A stretch of DNA of 49,323 bases from Kiloniellaceae bacterium (GTDB lineage: Bacteria > Pseudomonadota > Alphaproteobacteria > Kiloniellales > J153), in NCBI GenBank assembly GCA_021776215.1, contig JAJFGI010000423.1:1-49323 (forward strand). Direction: 5' to 3'. The notes beneath the pieces were generated by a model. It was not told the origin of the DNA, did not search any database, and worked only from the letters and a program-made list of their open reading frames with translations. The translations under genes were made by a program, and so were the position numbers. Positions 17,506 through 26,445 of this stretch are shown piece after piece. Each line of letters begins with the position of its first letter. Position 1 is the first letter of the stretch.

Positions 17506-17870
17506 TAGGGCCCAGAAGACGCGTTGATTTCAATAGTTGGCACAGACGACCGGAGCTGCAGATCATGAAGCAAAGCGAGAAGAGCCAACCCACGATGGCG
17601 CCGGATATCGACCAGGTGAAGGAGGATGTTCTCGCGCAGACACGCGATCTCGCGTCCCTGATCGCGGCGTTGGTCGCGGGACTGGGTGCTGGGGCCAGGT
17701 CCGGTGGCGGCGATCGATAGGCGCCGCCTTCGCATTATCCCCGACGCGGTTGGGGCGTATGCCAAAGCTTGCCGGTCATCCGACTCTAGCTTTGGTCCAG
17801 AAGAATCTCGACCCCAACAACGGGAGCATTGCCGCTTCACTGCACTGGCAACTGTCCTGGAGAGTTTCTC

Positions 17871-18095
17871 ATGCAGGTAACTGAATCATTGACATGGCAG
17901 ATTGTCTACAGCCATCGCGGCGCGGTTGCCTTGATGTTGGTCAAGGGTGAAGCGAGCGCCATCGATGCGGCATGCGACATCTTCGACGCAGGAGAAGAGG
18001 TGTACCGCGTCGAGATCGGCGGAACCCTCGTGGTATTGTACGCCGAGCATCTGCGGCAGATCTGGAAAGAGCGAAACGCCGCCCTGTCGAGCTAA
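17871..18095 (+). CDS. Hypothetical 74-aa protein
   Basis: The ATG follows a GGAGAG site. No recognisable domain. Confidence 0.35.
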   Translation: MQVTESLTWQIVYSHRGAVALMLVKGEASAIDAACDIFDAGEEVYRVEIGGTLVVLYAEHLRQIWKERNAALSS

Positions 18096-18291
18096 GGTTG
18101 CATGGCTGGTTGTCGTTGCGCCCCATCTGTTCGGCGACAGTGCATGAATAGGCGACGCAATATTGTCGTAGAATAGTACGAAAAATATTAGTGAATTTTT
18201 TCCGATGCTATTCGACTGTACCGGGAAATTTTACGGTTTGCCACTTGAGCCTGAGAGAGGCCAAGACCTACTTCTAGAGGGGAGCAGCCCT

Positions 18292-19347
18292 ATGAATATT
18301 TATAAGATCCTTTCGTCCCTTGCCGCCGTCCTGCTGGTCGGCACTTGTGCCGACTTAGGACCCAGCTTTGCCGTCGGCCCCGACCAGACGGCGGCGAAGG
18401 CGGTTCGCCCGGCGGGCGATCCATTCCAGCAGGCTTTGTTTCAAGGTTACAAGAACAACGCAGACAGCGAATATATTCAAGGCAACTACCGCACGGCCGA
18501 TCGGTACTATCTCAAGGCCATTGCCGCGTCCGGCGGCGTGCCTGTCGTGATGGAGGAGACCGCCTATTGGACCAAGCCGAGCGGTTTGCGCGACCAGGGG
18601 CTGCATGGGGTGGACCTTGAGACGGCCGCCGCCATGCGCGCCAATCTGGCGCCGTGGATCGAGGCGAACAAGCTCAGCGATCCGCAGGCAGCGGCCGCGC
18701 AGCAATTGAAGTTTGATTGCTGGATCGAGCAGATGTCCGAGCAGCAGTACGATCAAGCCGCGGAATGCAAACCCACCATGCAAATGGCGGCGGCGCCCAT
18801 TGTGCCGACACCTCAGGCGGCGGTAATTGCACCCTGCGTGCAGAATCCGGATGGTTACAACGAGAATGGTACCCTGTGCAAAGTCAGTGTCGTCAATTTC
18901 GGCTTCGACCGCTATGATCTGCTCAAATCCGGGCAGAACAGCGTTGGCAATCAGAGCGCGGCAGAACAATCGGCCTCGCTCGACCAGATCGTGCGTCAGG
19001 CGAAAACGATCAAGCCGGCCCGTATCGATGTGATGGGTCGCACTGACGCCGCCGGTCCAGACGCGTACAACTACGGTCTCTCCGACTGCCGGGCGCAGTC
19101 GGTGGTCGCCGAGCTGAAGGCGCGTGGCCTGCCGGCGAGCGTGGAGACGCGGATTGTCCCCATGGGCAAGACCAACTTGATCGTGCCAACCCGCGACGGA
19201 GTCCGGGAGCCGCAGAATCGGGTGGTGATGGTCGCCTACCAGACAAGCAGCAATGCCCCATTGGCCGCCCAGCCCGATGCGGCACCCAAGCAGGACGTGT
19301 TTGGTTGCGGCACGACGCTGCGGCATCCGTTCCCGATAATCAAGTAA
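18292..19347 (+). CDS. OmpA-family lipoprotein (C-terminal OmpA/MotB peptidoglycan-binding domain)
   Basis: The ATG follows a GAGGGGAG site. Lipobox LLVGTC. The C-terminus reads FGFDRYDL...IDVMGRTDAAGPDAYNYGLSDCRAQSVVAELKARG...EPQNRVVMV. Confidence 0.85.
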   Translation: MNIYKILSSLAAVLLVGTCADLGPSFAVGPDQTAAKAVRPAGDPFQQALFQGYKNNADSEYIQGNYRTADRYYLKAIAASGGVPVVMEETAYWTKPSGLRDQGLHGVDLETAAAMRANLAPWIEANKLSDPQAAAAQQLKFDCWIEQMSEQQYDQAAECKPTMQMAAAPIVPTPQAAVIAPCVQNPDGYNENGTLCKVSVVNFGFDRYDLLKSGQNSVGNQSAAEQSASLDQIVRQAKTIKPARIDVMGRTDAAGPDAYNYGLSDCRAQSVVAELKARGLPASVETRIVPMGKTNLIVPTRDGVREPQNRVVMVAYQTSSNAPLAAQPDAAPKQDVFGCGTTLRHPFPIIK

Positions 19348-19370
19348 GCCTTTCTGCCTGTCGACTTGCG

Positions 19371-19406
19371 GGGGCGTGCCGGTTCGCCGACACGCCCCGT
19401 CCTTTT
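19371..19406 (+). terminator. Rho-independent terminator-like hairpin after the OmpA-family gene
   Basis: GGGGCGTG / CACGCCCC stem with a 12-nt loop, followed by GTCCTTTT. Confidence 0.5.
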
Positions 19407-19598
19407 GCCCGTATGTCGGATCCGCGTCGATCGCCCAGGCCAGCCTTGCGATCGAGCGGGCGGTTGCCGTCGCTTTATTCCAAGCGGATGCCGCCGCAGT
19501 GAGATTGAGGATAGGCCTTGGAAGGCTCGGCGCCGAGAACGGCAGACGCCAGGCGGAGAACAGGCGAACGGAGGCGTCTAGCGATCGGCGGGTGGCGG

Positions 19599-20057
19599 CT
19601 AGTCAGTGCCGGAGCCGGTGGCCGAAGGCGATTCAAGAACTCTGCCCGAAGACAGGTCGTGTCCGGTTCCCATCGAGACCAGGACGACCGTAAGCAGTAC
19701 AGCGAAGACCAGCCACAACGCGGTGGATGCCGGTTTTCGCGCGCCGGCGACGGCAGGGTCCGACGCACCAGCGGCCCGGTGCTTTGGCAGCAGATTCACC
19801 AATCGGGTGGCGATCACCTGGGCTTCCGCCAAGGCCCAAAGACCCTCGGGCAGCCGGGCGATCATGGGTGCCAACATCTGTGCGGCGGCAGTCTTCGGCA
19901 TCTCAGCAAATCGGTCGGCTTCCGTCCAAGGGTCTAGGCCAAGGCGCCCCAGGGCGGAGACCACCGTCAGTAACATACCGTTTCGCTCCTCGCCGATTGT
20001 CGCGAACAGAAAATTGTCCAACTCCGGTCGGTGCGTGAGTGCTGCGTGTGAGGACAT
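19599..20057 (-). CDS. Hypothetical protein with C-terminal TM segment
   Basis: 152-aa ORF starting at an ATG after a GAGAG site, containing ...FLFATIGEERNGMLLTVVSALGRLGLDPWTEA...WLVFAVLLTVVLV. No named domain recognised. Confidence 0.5.
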   Translation of the reverse strand: MSSHAALTHRPELDNFLFATIGEERNGMLLTVVSALGRLGLDPWTEADRFAEMPKTAAAQMLAPMIARLPEGLWALAEAQVIATRLVNLLPKHRAAGASDPAVAGARKPASTALWLVFAVLLTVVLVSMGTGHDLSSGRVLESPSATGSGTD

Positions 20058-20263
20058 GGTCTCTCAGCTTCAGGCGAGGAGTCGCCACCATTTACATGGT
20101 GCATGTCCACGGCATTGCAAGATGGGCGCGACTTGGCGCGATCACTGGTCGAACGTCGAAGGCGCTGTCGGCGGATCGAGCGCGATAGGTAGATTCCGAG
20201 CCTTCCTATCCAGTCCAGTGGCTCGTAAATATGACACTGCACTCAAACAAAGGAAGATCGAAC

Positions 20264-20647
20264 ATGAACCGTTACAGTCTACTTGCCGCCGCCGCATTCA
20301 TGGCAATCGCTATTCCCGCGGCCTATGCGGCCGAACACGCCACCCCGGAACGAATGCAAGAGCGAAACATGCAAATGCAAACGATGATGGACCAGGCGCA
20401 GAAGACGAAGACTCCCGCCGAGCGGCAGAAGCTCATGGCCGGGCATATGAAAACGATGCAGGAACAGATGGCCGCCATGCATGACATGACAGGTCCGGGC
20501 GGGATGATGGGGCAGAGTCAGGGCGGCGCCACCACGGATCCCGATGTTGCCTCGCAGATGCAGATGATGCAGCAGCGCATGACCATGATGCAGCAGATGA
20601 TGGAGCACATGATGCAGCAGCAGGCCATGGCGATGCCCGCCAAGTAA
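20264..20647 (+). CDS. Secreted Met/Gln-rich protein (possible Cu(I)/Ag(I)-binding periplasmic protein)
   Basis: Signal peptide MNRYSLLAAAAFMAIAIPAAYA. The mature part is dominated by M-x-M and M-Q repeats (MQERNMQMQTMMDQ..., MQMMQQRMTMMQQMMEHMMQQQAMAM). Confidence 0.7.
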   Translation: MNRYSLLAAAAFMAIAIPAAYAAEHATPERMQERNMQMQTMMDQAQKTKTPAERQKLMAGHMKTMQEQMAAMHDMTGPGGMMGQSQGGATTDPDVASQMQMMQQRMTMMQQMMEHMMQQQAMAMPAK

Positions 20648-20879
20648 CGGCGCGCCAAGCGATCGGGTTCGGAACTGGGTCTTGTTTGCGCCGGGCGACG
20701 CCAATGGTGCAAGTGCGGCGCACTAAGACCCCGTCCGGATCCCGTTGCGCGATTGCGATGAACGTGGACTACCGATGTCCCGCCGGAATTTCTCCGTCGG
20801 GTGATTCGTCCCATCGCTCGGGGTGATTGGTCGGGAACGGCCGATAAAGTGAGCGAACGGGTAACTATTATAGGAGGAG

Positions 20880-21041
20880 ATGATGATGAACCAAGCAGTG
20901 GATGGTAGTGGCTCGGGCATGTGGGGCATGGGATGGGGCGGCGGATGGGGCATGGGATCGGGCGGTGTGCTGATCACTGTGCTTGTCGTTTTCGGCGTTG
21001 CAGCGCTCGCCAAGTACATGTTCTTCGACAAACGGCGATAA
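20880..21041 (+). CDS. Small Gly/Trp/Met-rich single-TM protein (53 aa)
   Basis: MMMNQAVDGSGSGMWGMGWGGGWGMGSGGVLITVLVVFGVAALAKYMFFDKRR. An AGGAGG site lies just upstream, so the start may be the 2nd or 3rd ATG. The gene ends 19 nt before the DUF302 gene. Confidence 0.5.
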   Translation: MMMNQAVDGSGSGMWGMGWGGGWGMGSGGVLITVLVVFGVAALAKYMFFDKRR

Positions 21042-21060
21042 CAGACGAAAGGAACAGATC

Positions 21061-21447
21061 ATGACTTACTATCTGGGCAAAATGCTGGCCGTCCCTTTCG
21101 ACGAGGCCGTGACTCGCACGAAGGATGCTCTGAAATCGGAGGGTTTCGGCGTCCTCACCGAGATCGACGTCAAGGAGACATTGAAGAAGAAAATCGGGGC
21201 CGACTTTCCCAGCTACAGGATCCTTGGCGCCTGCAATCCGGCATTGGCCCACGAAGCTCTCAAGCTCGAGAACAAGGTCGGCACGATGTTGCCCTGCAAT
21301 GTCGTGGTTCGCGATGCCGGCAACGGTCAGACGGAAGTGGCCGCCGTCGATCCAGTCGCCTCCATGCAGGCGATCGACAACCCAGAGCTGAAACGAGCAG
21401 CCGGGCAAGTTCGCACGAAGCTTGAAAAGGTGGTGGCAGCGTTGTGA
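21061..21447 (+). CDS. DUF302 domain protein
   Basis: MTYYLGKMLAVPFDEAVTRTKDALKSEGFGVLTEIDVKETLKKKIG...YRILGACNPALAHEAL...MLPCNVVV, the typical DUF302 pattern. Confidence 0.85.
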   Translation: MTYYLGKMLAVPFDEAVTRTKDALKSEGFGVLTEIDVKETLKKKIGADFPSYRILGACNPALAHEALKLENKVGTMLPCNVVVRDAGNGQTEVAAVDPVASMQAIDNPELKRAAGQVRTKLEKVVAAL

Positions 21448-21722
21448 GCCGCAAAACGAAGCGCCCAATCGACAGCCGTGTCACGCCGTATTTCACCCAT
21501 GGGAACATGGCTGGCGCCGGCGGTGCAACTGCCGGTTATTACGCTGGCGTCGATGAGGTGCCGTCGGCAGGCGCCTATAGCGTTGAAACGGATGAGGAGC
21601 TTCTGGATGGTATCTCGTTTCCCGCCTATCGCCGGATTTCGACCCTGATCCGCATGCCCAAAGAACCCAGCAATCCTGCCTTTACGCGGGCGTTGACAAT
21701 CGATCCGGCTTTGTCAGACTAA
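21444..21722 (+). CDS. Hypothetical 92-aa protein; last codons and stop supplied by a MITE-like insertion
   Basis: The GTG start overlaps the DUF302 stop (GTGA). The final ALSD* codons lie inside the left inverted repeat of the 21707-21839 element. Confidence 0.4.
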   Translation: MSRKTKRPIDSRVTPYFTHGNMAGAGGATAGYYAGVDEVPSAGAYSVETDEELLDGISFPAYRRISTLIRMPKEPSNPAFTRALTIDPALSD

Positions 21723-21839
21723 CGCCAATTTGGTTGAAAATGTGATTCTAGGCTGCTCATGAAGCGCGCAGAATACCAGTGATTCTCCACAACCATTAGG
21801 CGATTAAAAAATGCCCAGAATTTCAATCTGACAATGCCC
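21707..21839. mobile_element. MITE-like element with IS6-type terminal inverted repeats (copy 1)
   Basis: Left end GGCTTTGTCAGACTAAC; right end (reverse complement) GGGCATTGTCAGATTGAAA. It is homologous over its full length (about 70-75 percent by eye) to 39423-39554 and has no ORF. Confidence 0.55.
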
Positions 21840-21901
21840 TCTGGAGCACTCCAGCTTGTGACAGAGCCATGCAACTTAGTCTGACAAAGTCGATAAAGCC
21901 C

Positions 21902-22726
21902 CTATATCGACCGCGCCGCTATTAGGACCTCAATCCGGGTCGCGCGCAGTTGACGACCAAGCGCTTCGTGGGGTTCGCGATCGCATACCAGTATTTGGAA
22001 GGACGAAAGTGGGGCGATCTGCATCACGGCTATTCGGTCGAACTTGGTACTATCCGCCACGATGATCGCGGTACGTGCGTTGTCGATCGCCGCTTGTTTG
22101 ATCGCGATTTTTTGCGGGTCGAAATCCGTGGGGCTTCCATCGCGTGCAAAACCAGAGCAGCCGATGACCGCGAAATCGACGGCGATCGGCGCCAACGCCT
22201 TGGTTGCGGCATTGCCGACGAGCGAGCCGTCGGTCCCGCGCACAATCCCGCCGGTAACATGGATCTCAGCCTCCCTGCTATGCCCCAGAATGGCCGCCGC
22301 CGACATACTGTTGGTACAGACTATTCCGAGGGGCCGCCCAACCAATGCCGCCGCCACCGCTTCAACCGTCGTGCCGACATCCAGGTAGATTGACGCGCCG
22401 TCCGGCACAAGACCGGCGACAACCCTTCCGATCCGACTTTTCGAGCCAACCGCGGCTTCTTGTTTGTGACGATAGCCGAGCCGGACGCTGTCCGCGGGAA
22501 TACCGGCACCGCCATGAAACCGCTGCAGTAGTCCAGCCGCATCCAGGCGAATGACTTCGCGCCGGATGGTTTGCGCCGATACTGAAAATACGGCGGACAA
22601 TTGTTCGATCGTCGCAAACCCGCGTCCCTGAACAATCTCCAGGATCCCTGACTGGCGCTCGCTAAGATTGGTTTCCGTGGGTGGTTCATCGATTGAGACG
22701 ACGGGCATCGGACCCCCAAAATCCAC
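21902..22726 (-). CDS. DeoR/GlpR-family transcriptional regulator
   Basis: N-terminal HTH (LSERQSGILEIVQGRGFATIEQLSAVFSVSAQTIRREVIRLDAAGLLQRFHGGA) plus a sugar-phosphate-binding-like C-domain. The longest ORF starts at GTG 22726; an alternative ATG is at 22708. Confidence 0.9.
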   Translation of the reverse strand: MDFGGPMPVVSIDEPPTETNLSERQSGILEIVQGRGFATIEQLSAVFSVSAQTIRREVIRLDAAGLLQRFHGGAGIPADSVRLGYRHKQEAAVGSKSRIGRVVAGLVPDGASIYLDVGTTVEAVAAALVGRPLGIVCTNSMSAAAILGHSREAEIHVTGGIVRGTDGSLVGNAATKALAPIAVDFAVIGCSGFARDGSPTDFDPQKIAIKQAAIDNARTAIIVADSTKFDRIAVMQIAPLSSFQILVCDREPHEALGRQLRATRIEVLIAARSI

Positions 22727-22797
22727 ATCGTGTCACAGAACTTTCTTGGAAGTTAATTTACATCATCCTCAAAGAACAATAAACTTGATTAATCGAA

Positions 22798-23436
22798 ATG
22801 GGGTCCCAGCGGATGCTTAGAGTCAGCCAAGCCGCCAATGCATTGCTTCGAGATGGCGCCAAGTTCGACCCCTGGGCGCTCTCCTGGCTGCCGTGCGAGG
22901 ATCGCCCAAAAGACGCTCGGGAGACGACGCCACTCGCTGCCGTCGCGTGGCTCTTCTCCCAACCCAGGGTCCGGCGCGTTCCGGTGGGCGTGATTGGCCC
23001 CAAGATGGCCAGTGTCCGCCAAATGGATGTGGCCGGGCTTGTCGGCCGCCGCCTGGGTGAGCTCGGCGTGCCGATGCTCTGCGGTGGCCGGTCGGGTGTG
23101 ATGGAAGCCGCCTCGCGCGGTAATTTGGAGGCTGGCGGCCTCCCAATCGGCATCCTTCCGGGAGACGAGTGGACGGAGGCCAACCCGTATATAGCCATCC
23201 CCTTGGCGACCGGGCTGGGGCCGGCGCGTAACGCCGTGGTGGCGCGGGCAGCGGTCGCACTCGTCGCCGTTGGGGGTGAATACGGCACGCTCTCAGAGAT
23301 GGCCTTCGGGTTGCATTTCGATCGTCTGGTGATTGCGTTGGAGGATGCTCCCGAGGTTCCGGGCGCCGTGCGTTGTCCGGATGTTGAAACCGCATTAGAG
23401 CGTGTTGCACAGCGTATCCTTGCGCTCGACGGGTGA
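22798..23436 (+). CDS. TIGR00725 / LOG-like (SLOG Rossmann) family protein with ~55-aa N-terminal extension
   Basis: VGVIGPK...LGELGVPMLCGGRSGVMEAASRGNLEAGGLPIGILPG...IPLATGLGPARNAVVARAAVALVAVGGEYGTLSEMAF matches the TIGR00725 core pattern. Confidence 0.8.
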   Translation: MGSQRMLRVSQAANALLRDGAKFDPWALSWLPCEDRPKDARETTPLAAVAWLFSQPRVRRVPVGVIGPKMASVRQMDVAGLVGRRLGELGVPMLCGGRSGVMEAASRGNLEAGGLPIGILPGDEWTEANPYIAIPLATGLGPARNAVVARAAVALVAVGGEYGTLSEMAFGLHFDRLVIALEDAPEVPGAVRCPDVETALERVAQRILALDG

Positions 23437-23532
23437 TTTTTTTTTCGACCTGTAGTTGTTATGAAACGACCATATACAATTAATTTGGAAGATATATTAC
23501 ATTCCATATTGAGTTTAGGGTGAGCATCGGTA

Positions 23533-24303
23533 ATGCGTGCCGTCACAGGAGCCTATCTTCTCTATCTAGCGGCGCCGATTATGCTGTTGTTTGTCGGCTC
23601 GTTCGGCGCCAGCTGGACAGGCACGCTGCTCCCCTCTGGATTTACGACTAAATGGTATATCGAGGTCTTCACGGATCCGAGTTTTCAGCGCGCCTTCAAG
23701 ACGAGCCTCATTGTGGTGCTCTGCACCTGCGTGCTCAACACGCTGATCGGCTTGCCGCTCGCCTATGCGATCAATACCGCCGCGCGGTCCGGTGTCAAAG
23801 TCGCGGCGCGCATCGTATCGCTGCTGCCCATTGCGGTACCCGAGCTCGTGTTGGCCTTTGGGTTCATTCTTGTTTTCTCCAGCGATACGCTTCCTTTTCT
23901 CGGCACAACCTGGTTGCTTGTGCTAGCCCACGTGGTGCTCACGCTCCCCTATCTTTTAAATGTCCTCCTCGCCGACATGGCCTCACTCGGTCTCGACGAT
24001 CTCGAGCGCGTGGCCGCGACACTCGGAGCTTCATTCCGGAGCCGCTTCCTCGATATCGTTCTACCCGGTCTGCAACACAGCCTGCTGACGGGATTGATCA
24101 CTGTCGCCGCAATCTCGATCGGCGAGTTTCAACTCTCGAACCTGGTTGCCGGATTCCTCAGCAGAACCTACCCGGTCGTCCTCCTTCAGGCCTTCTACGG
24201 CGCCACCGGATTTGCCTGCGCGGCGACCGTGATCCTCTTAGTATTGGCAATATTGGCGGCAGCCGCGGGCGCGTTTACCGCGCGCGCCGCGCAGACCGGA
24301 TAA
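23533..24303 (+). CDS. ABC transporter permease (PotC-like)
   Basis: 256-aa, six-TM protein with an EAA-loop-like region (LERVAATLGASFRSRFLDIVLPGL). Confidence 0.9.
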   Translation: MRAVTGAYLLYLAAPIMLLFVGSFGASWTGTLLPSGFTTKWYIEVFTDPSFQRAFKTSLIVVLCTCVLNTLIGLPLAYAINTAARSGVKVAARIVSLLPIAVPELVLAFGFILVFSSDTLPFLGTTWLLVLAHVVLTLPYLLNVLLADMASLGLDDLERVAATLGASFRSRFLDIVLPGLQHSLLTGLITVAAISIGEFQLSNLVAGFLSRTYPVVLLQAFYGATGFACAATVILLVLAILAAAAGAFTARAAQTG

Positions 24304-24313
24304 GGGAGCTGCA

Positions 24314-25381
24314 ATGCCGATTCTCTTTGAGGCCGTTTCGTTCGCCTATCCCGGCACCCAGACGGGTGTAAGAGCAATCGACCTTGCGGTCGGAGACGGT
24401 GAGCTTGTTGCCCTGATCGGCCCCTCGGGGTCGGGCAAAAGCACCTGCCTCAAGCTGCTTGCGGGATTTTATCGTCCCGATCACGGCCGTATTAACGTCG
24501 ACGGCCACGACGTTGACACACTATCGCCGGAACGGCGTCGGCTCGGCATCGTCTTCCAACACTATGCACTTTTTCCACACATGAGCACCCGTGACAATGT
24601 CGCTTATCCGCTAAAGGTACGGGGCGTTACGCGCGCCGAACGGCGGCGGGCGGCAGACGAGATGCTCGATCGGGTGGGCCTCTCAGATCTCGGCGATCGT
24701 GCGCCTAAGACGCTATCGGGGGGACAGCAGCAGCGAGTGGCGCTCGCCCGCGCGCTCGTCTTCAAGCCTCGCGCGCTCCTTCTCGATGAACCGCTTTCAG
24801 CACTCGATGCGGGATTACGCGTCGCCATGCGCGATGAGATCCGCCGCGTGCAGCGCGAAGCCGGTATTGCGACCATACACGTCACCCATGACCAGGAAGA
24901 AGCACTGTCAATCGCCGATCGTGTGGCCATCATGAGTGACGGCGCGATTGTTCAGATCGGCAAACCTGACGAGGTTTACGACCGGCCACGGACTCGATTT
25001 GTCGCACGCTTCGTTGGTCAAGCCAATTTTTGGCCGGGGATGGTGGGTGAAGAAAACCAGGTTGAGACGCCGATCGGCCGTCTTCGCCATACCCAAGAGG
25101 GCGTTCGCCCCGGTGACAAGGTCCTGGTGCTCGTCAGGCCCGAACGCCTAGATCTCTTTTTTGAGGATCACAAGACACCGCCGCCCAACTATTTTAAAGG
25201 CCACGTCACACAAGATCGTTTTCTCGGCTCGATTCGGCGCTTCGACTTCGCAGTCGCAGGTAATTTGATTCGAGTTGAGACAAGAAATCGCGCGGCGCCT
25301 AGTGCGGTCGCGATACCACCGGATGCCGTCCGGTTGCTTCCACCCGATGACAATGAGAATAAAAAGGGAGAATTGTCATGA
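24314..25381 (+). CDS. ABC transporter ATP-binding protein (PotA/FbpC-like, with C-terminal TOBE-like domain)
   Basis: Walker A GPSGSGKST, signature LSGGQQQRVALARAL, Walker B LLLDEPLSALD and the H-loop THDQ. Confidence 0.95.
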   Translation: MPILFEAVSFAYPGTQTGVRAIDLAVGDGELVALIGPSGSGKSTCLKLLAGFYRPDHGRINVDGHDVDTLSPERRRLGIVFQHYALFPHMSTRDNVAYPLKVRGVTRAERRRAADEMLDRVGLSDLGDRAPKTLSGGQQQRVALARALVFKPRALLLDEPLSALDAGLRVAMRDEIRRVQREAGIATIHVTHDQEEALSIADRVAIMSDGAIVQIGKPDEVYDRPRTRFVARFVGQANFWPGMVGEENQVETPIGRLRHTQEGVRPGDKVLVLVRPERLDLFFEDHKTPPPNYFKGHVTQDRFLGSIRRFDFAVAGNLIRVETRNRAAPSAVAIPPDAVRLLPPDDNENKKGELS

Positions 25382-26445
25382 GTAGGTTTATTTCATTGCT
25401 TGCTGCTGTCGCGGTGGCCTCGCCGCTAGCAGCTTACGCCTTCGAAGGAGCAGAACTTTATCCCGGTGAAAAGGCCCTTTACGATGCCGCGGCGGAGGAG
25501 GGCCTCATCGTCAGTTTCGATACCGGTCCCACCTGGGCCAACTGGAAAGCGCAGTTCAATGCCTTCAAGGAACGCTATCCCAACGTTGAAATGGTCTACA
25601 ACGACCTCGGTTCCGCGGCCACTGTCGTGACACTCGATAAGTCGCGCAATCGACCCCAAGCGGACACCGCCTACTACTTCGCCGGTTCGGCGCTGGATGC
25701 CGCCGAGAAGGGACTTGTCGCCGATTTCACCCCCGTGAATTTCGAAAAGTTACCGGGTCCTTTCAAGCATCCTACCGGCCAGTGGTTTACCATCCACACC
25801 CTTAACGTCGCGTTCTTGGTCAACACCAAGATTGTGAAGAACGTACCGGTAAGCTGGGCCGATTTGACGAAGGAGGAATATAGGAATTCGATCGTCTACC
25901 TCGATCCGCGCTCGACCGGGCAAGGCCAGGTGGTGACTTTCGGCGCTGCCTTCGCCAACGGTGGCGATATGGATAATGTCATGCCAGGCATCGACTACCT
26001 CGCGGGGTTGCACAGCAGCGGCAACATTCTACGGGTGGTCGGCACCACTCCCTATGCCCAGTTCATAAAAGGTGAGATCCCGATTTGGATCGGTTACGAG
26101 AATGATGGCTTGAAGGCCAAGTACACCGATGGCATGGGCGACGACATTGCCGTGATTATTCCCAAGGAAGCCTCGGCCGCCGCTCCCTACGCCATCAGTC
26201 TGGTCAAAGATGGACCGAACCCGAATGCCGGTAAGCTTTGGCTCAATTTCATCATGACCGATCAAGGTCAAGCCCGCTTCGCAGATGGCTTCGTGCGGCC
26301 CTCCGTGCCGGGCGTCGCCTTGCCTGAGGAGGTAGCCTCGAAAATGCCGGCGGCACCGCAACTCCAGCCGCTGGATGTGGCGAAAGCCAAAGACAAGAAG
26401 TCGGAAATCGACAAAGCCTGGGCAAAGAAAGTGCTGGGTGAATGA
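25378..26445 (+). CDS. ABC transporter periplasmic substrate-binding protein (family 1, PotD/AfuA-like)
   Basis: Signal peptide MSRFISLLAAVAVASPLAAYA. ATGA overlaps occur at both ends with the neighbouring ABC genes. Confidence 0.9.
   Translation: MSRFISLLAAVAVASPLAAYAFEGAELYPGEKALYDAAAEEGLIVSFDTGPTWANWKAQFNAFKERYPNVEMVYNDLGSAATVVTLDKSRNRPQADTAYYFAGSALDAAEKGLVADFTPVNFEKLPGPFKHPTGQWFTIHTLNVAFLVNTKIVKNVPVSWADLTKEEYRNSIVYLDPRSTGQGQVVTFGAAFANGGDMDNVMPGIDYLAGLHSSGNILRVVGTTPYAQFIKGEIPIWIGYENDGLKAKYTDGMGDDIAVIIPKEASAAAPYAISLVKDGPNPNAGKLWLNFIMTDQGQARFADGFVRPSVPGVALPEEVASKMPAAPQLQPLDVAKAKDKKSEIDKAWAKKVLGE

Noticed and set aside
22758-23546. 262-aa minus-strand ORF opposite the SLOG gene
   Set aside because: The plus-strand frame carries the TIGR00725 core motifs. 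The antisense translation is Ser/Arg/Pro-rich with no motifs.
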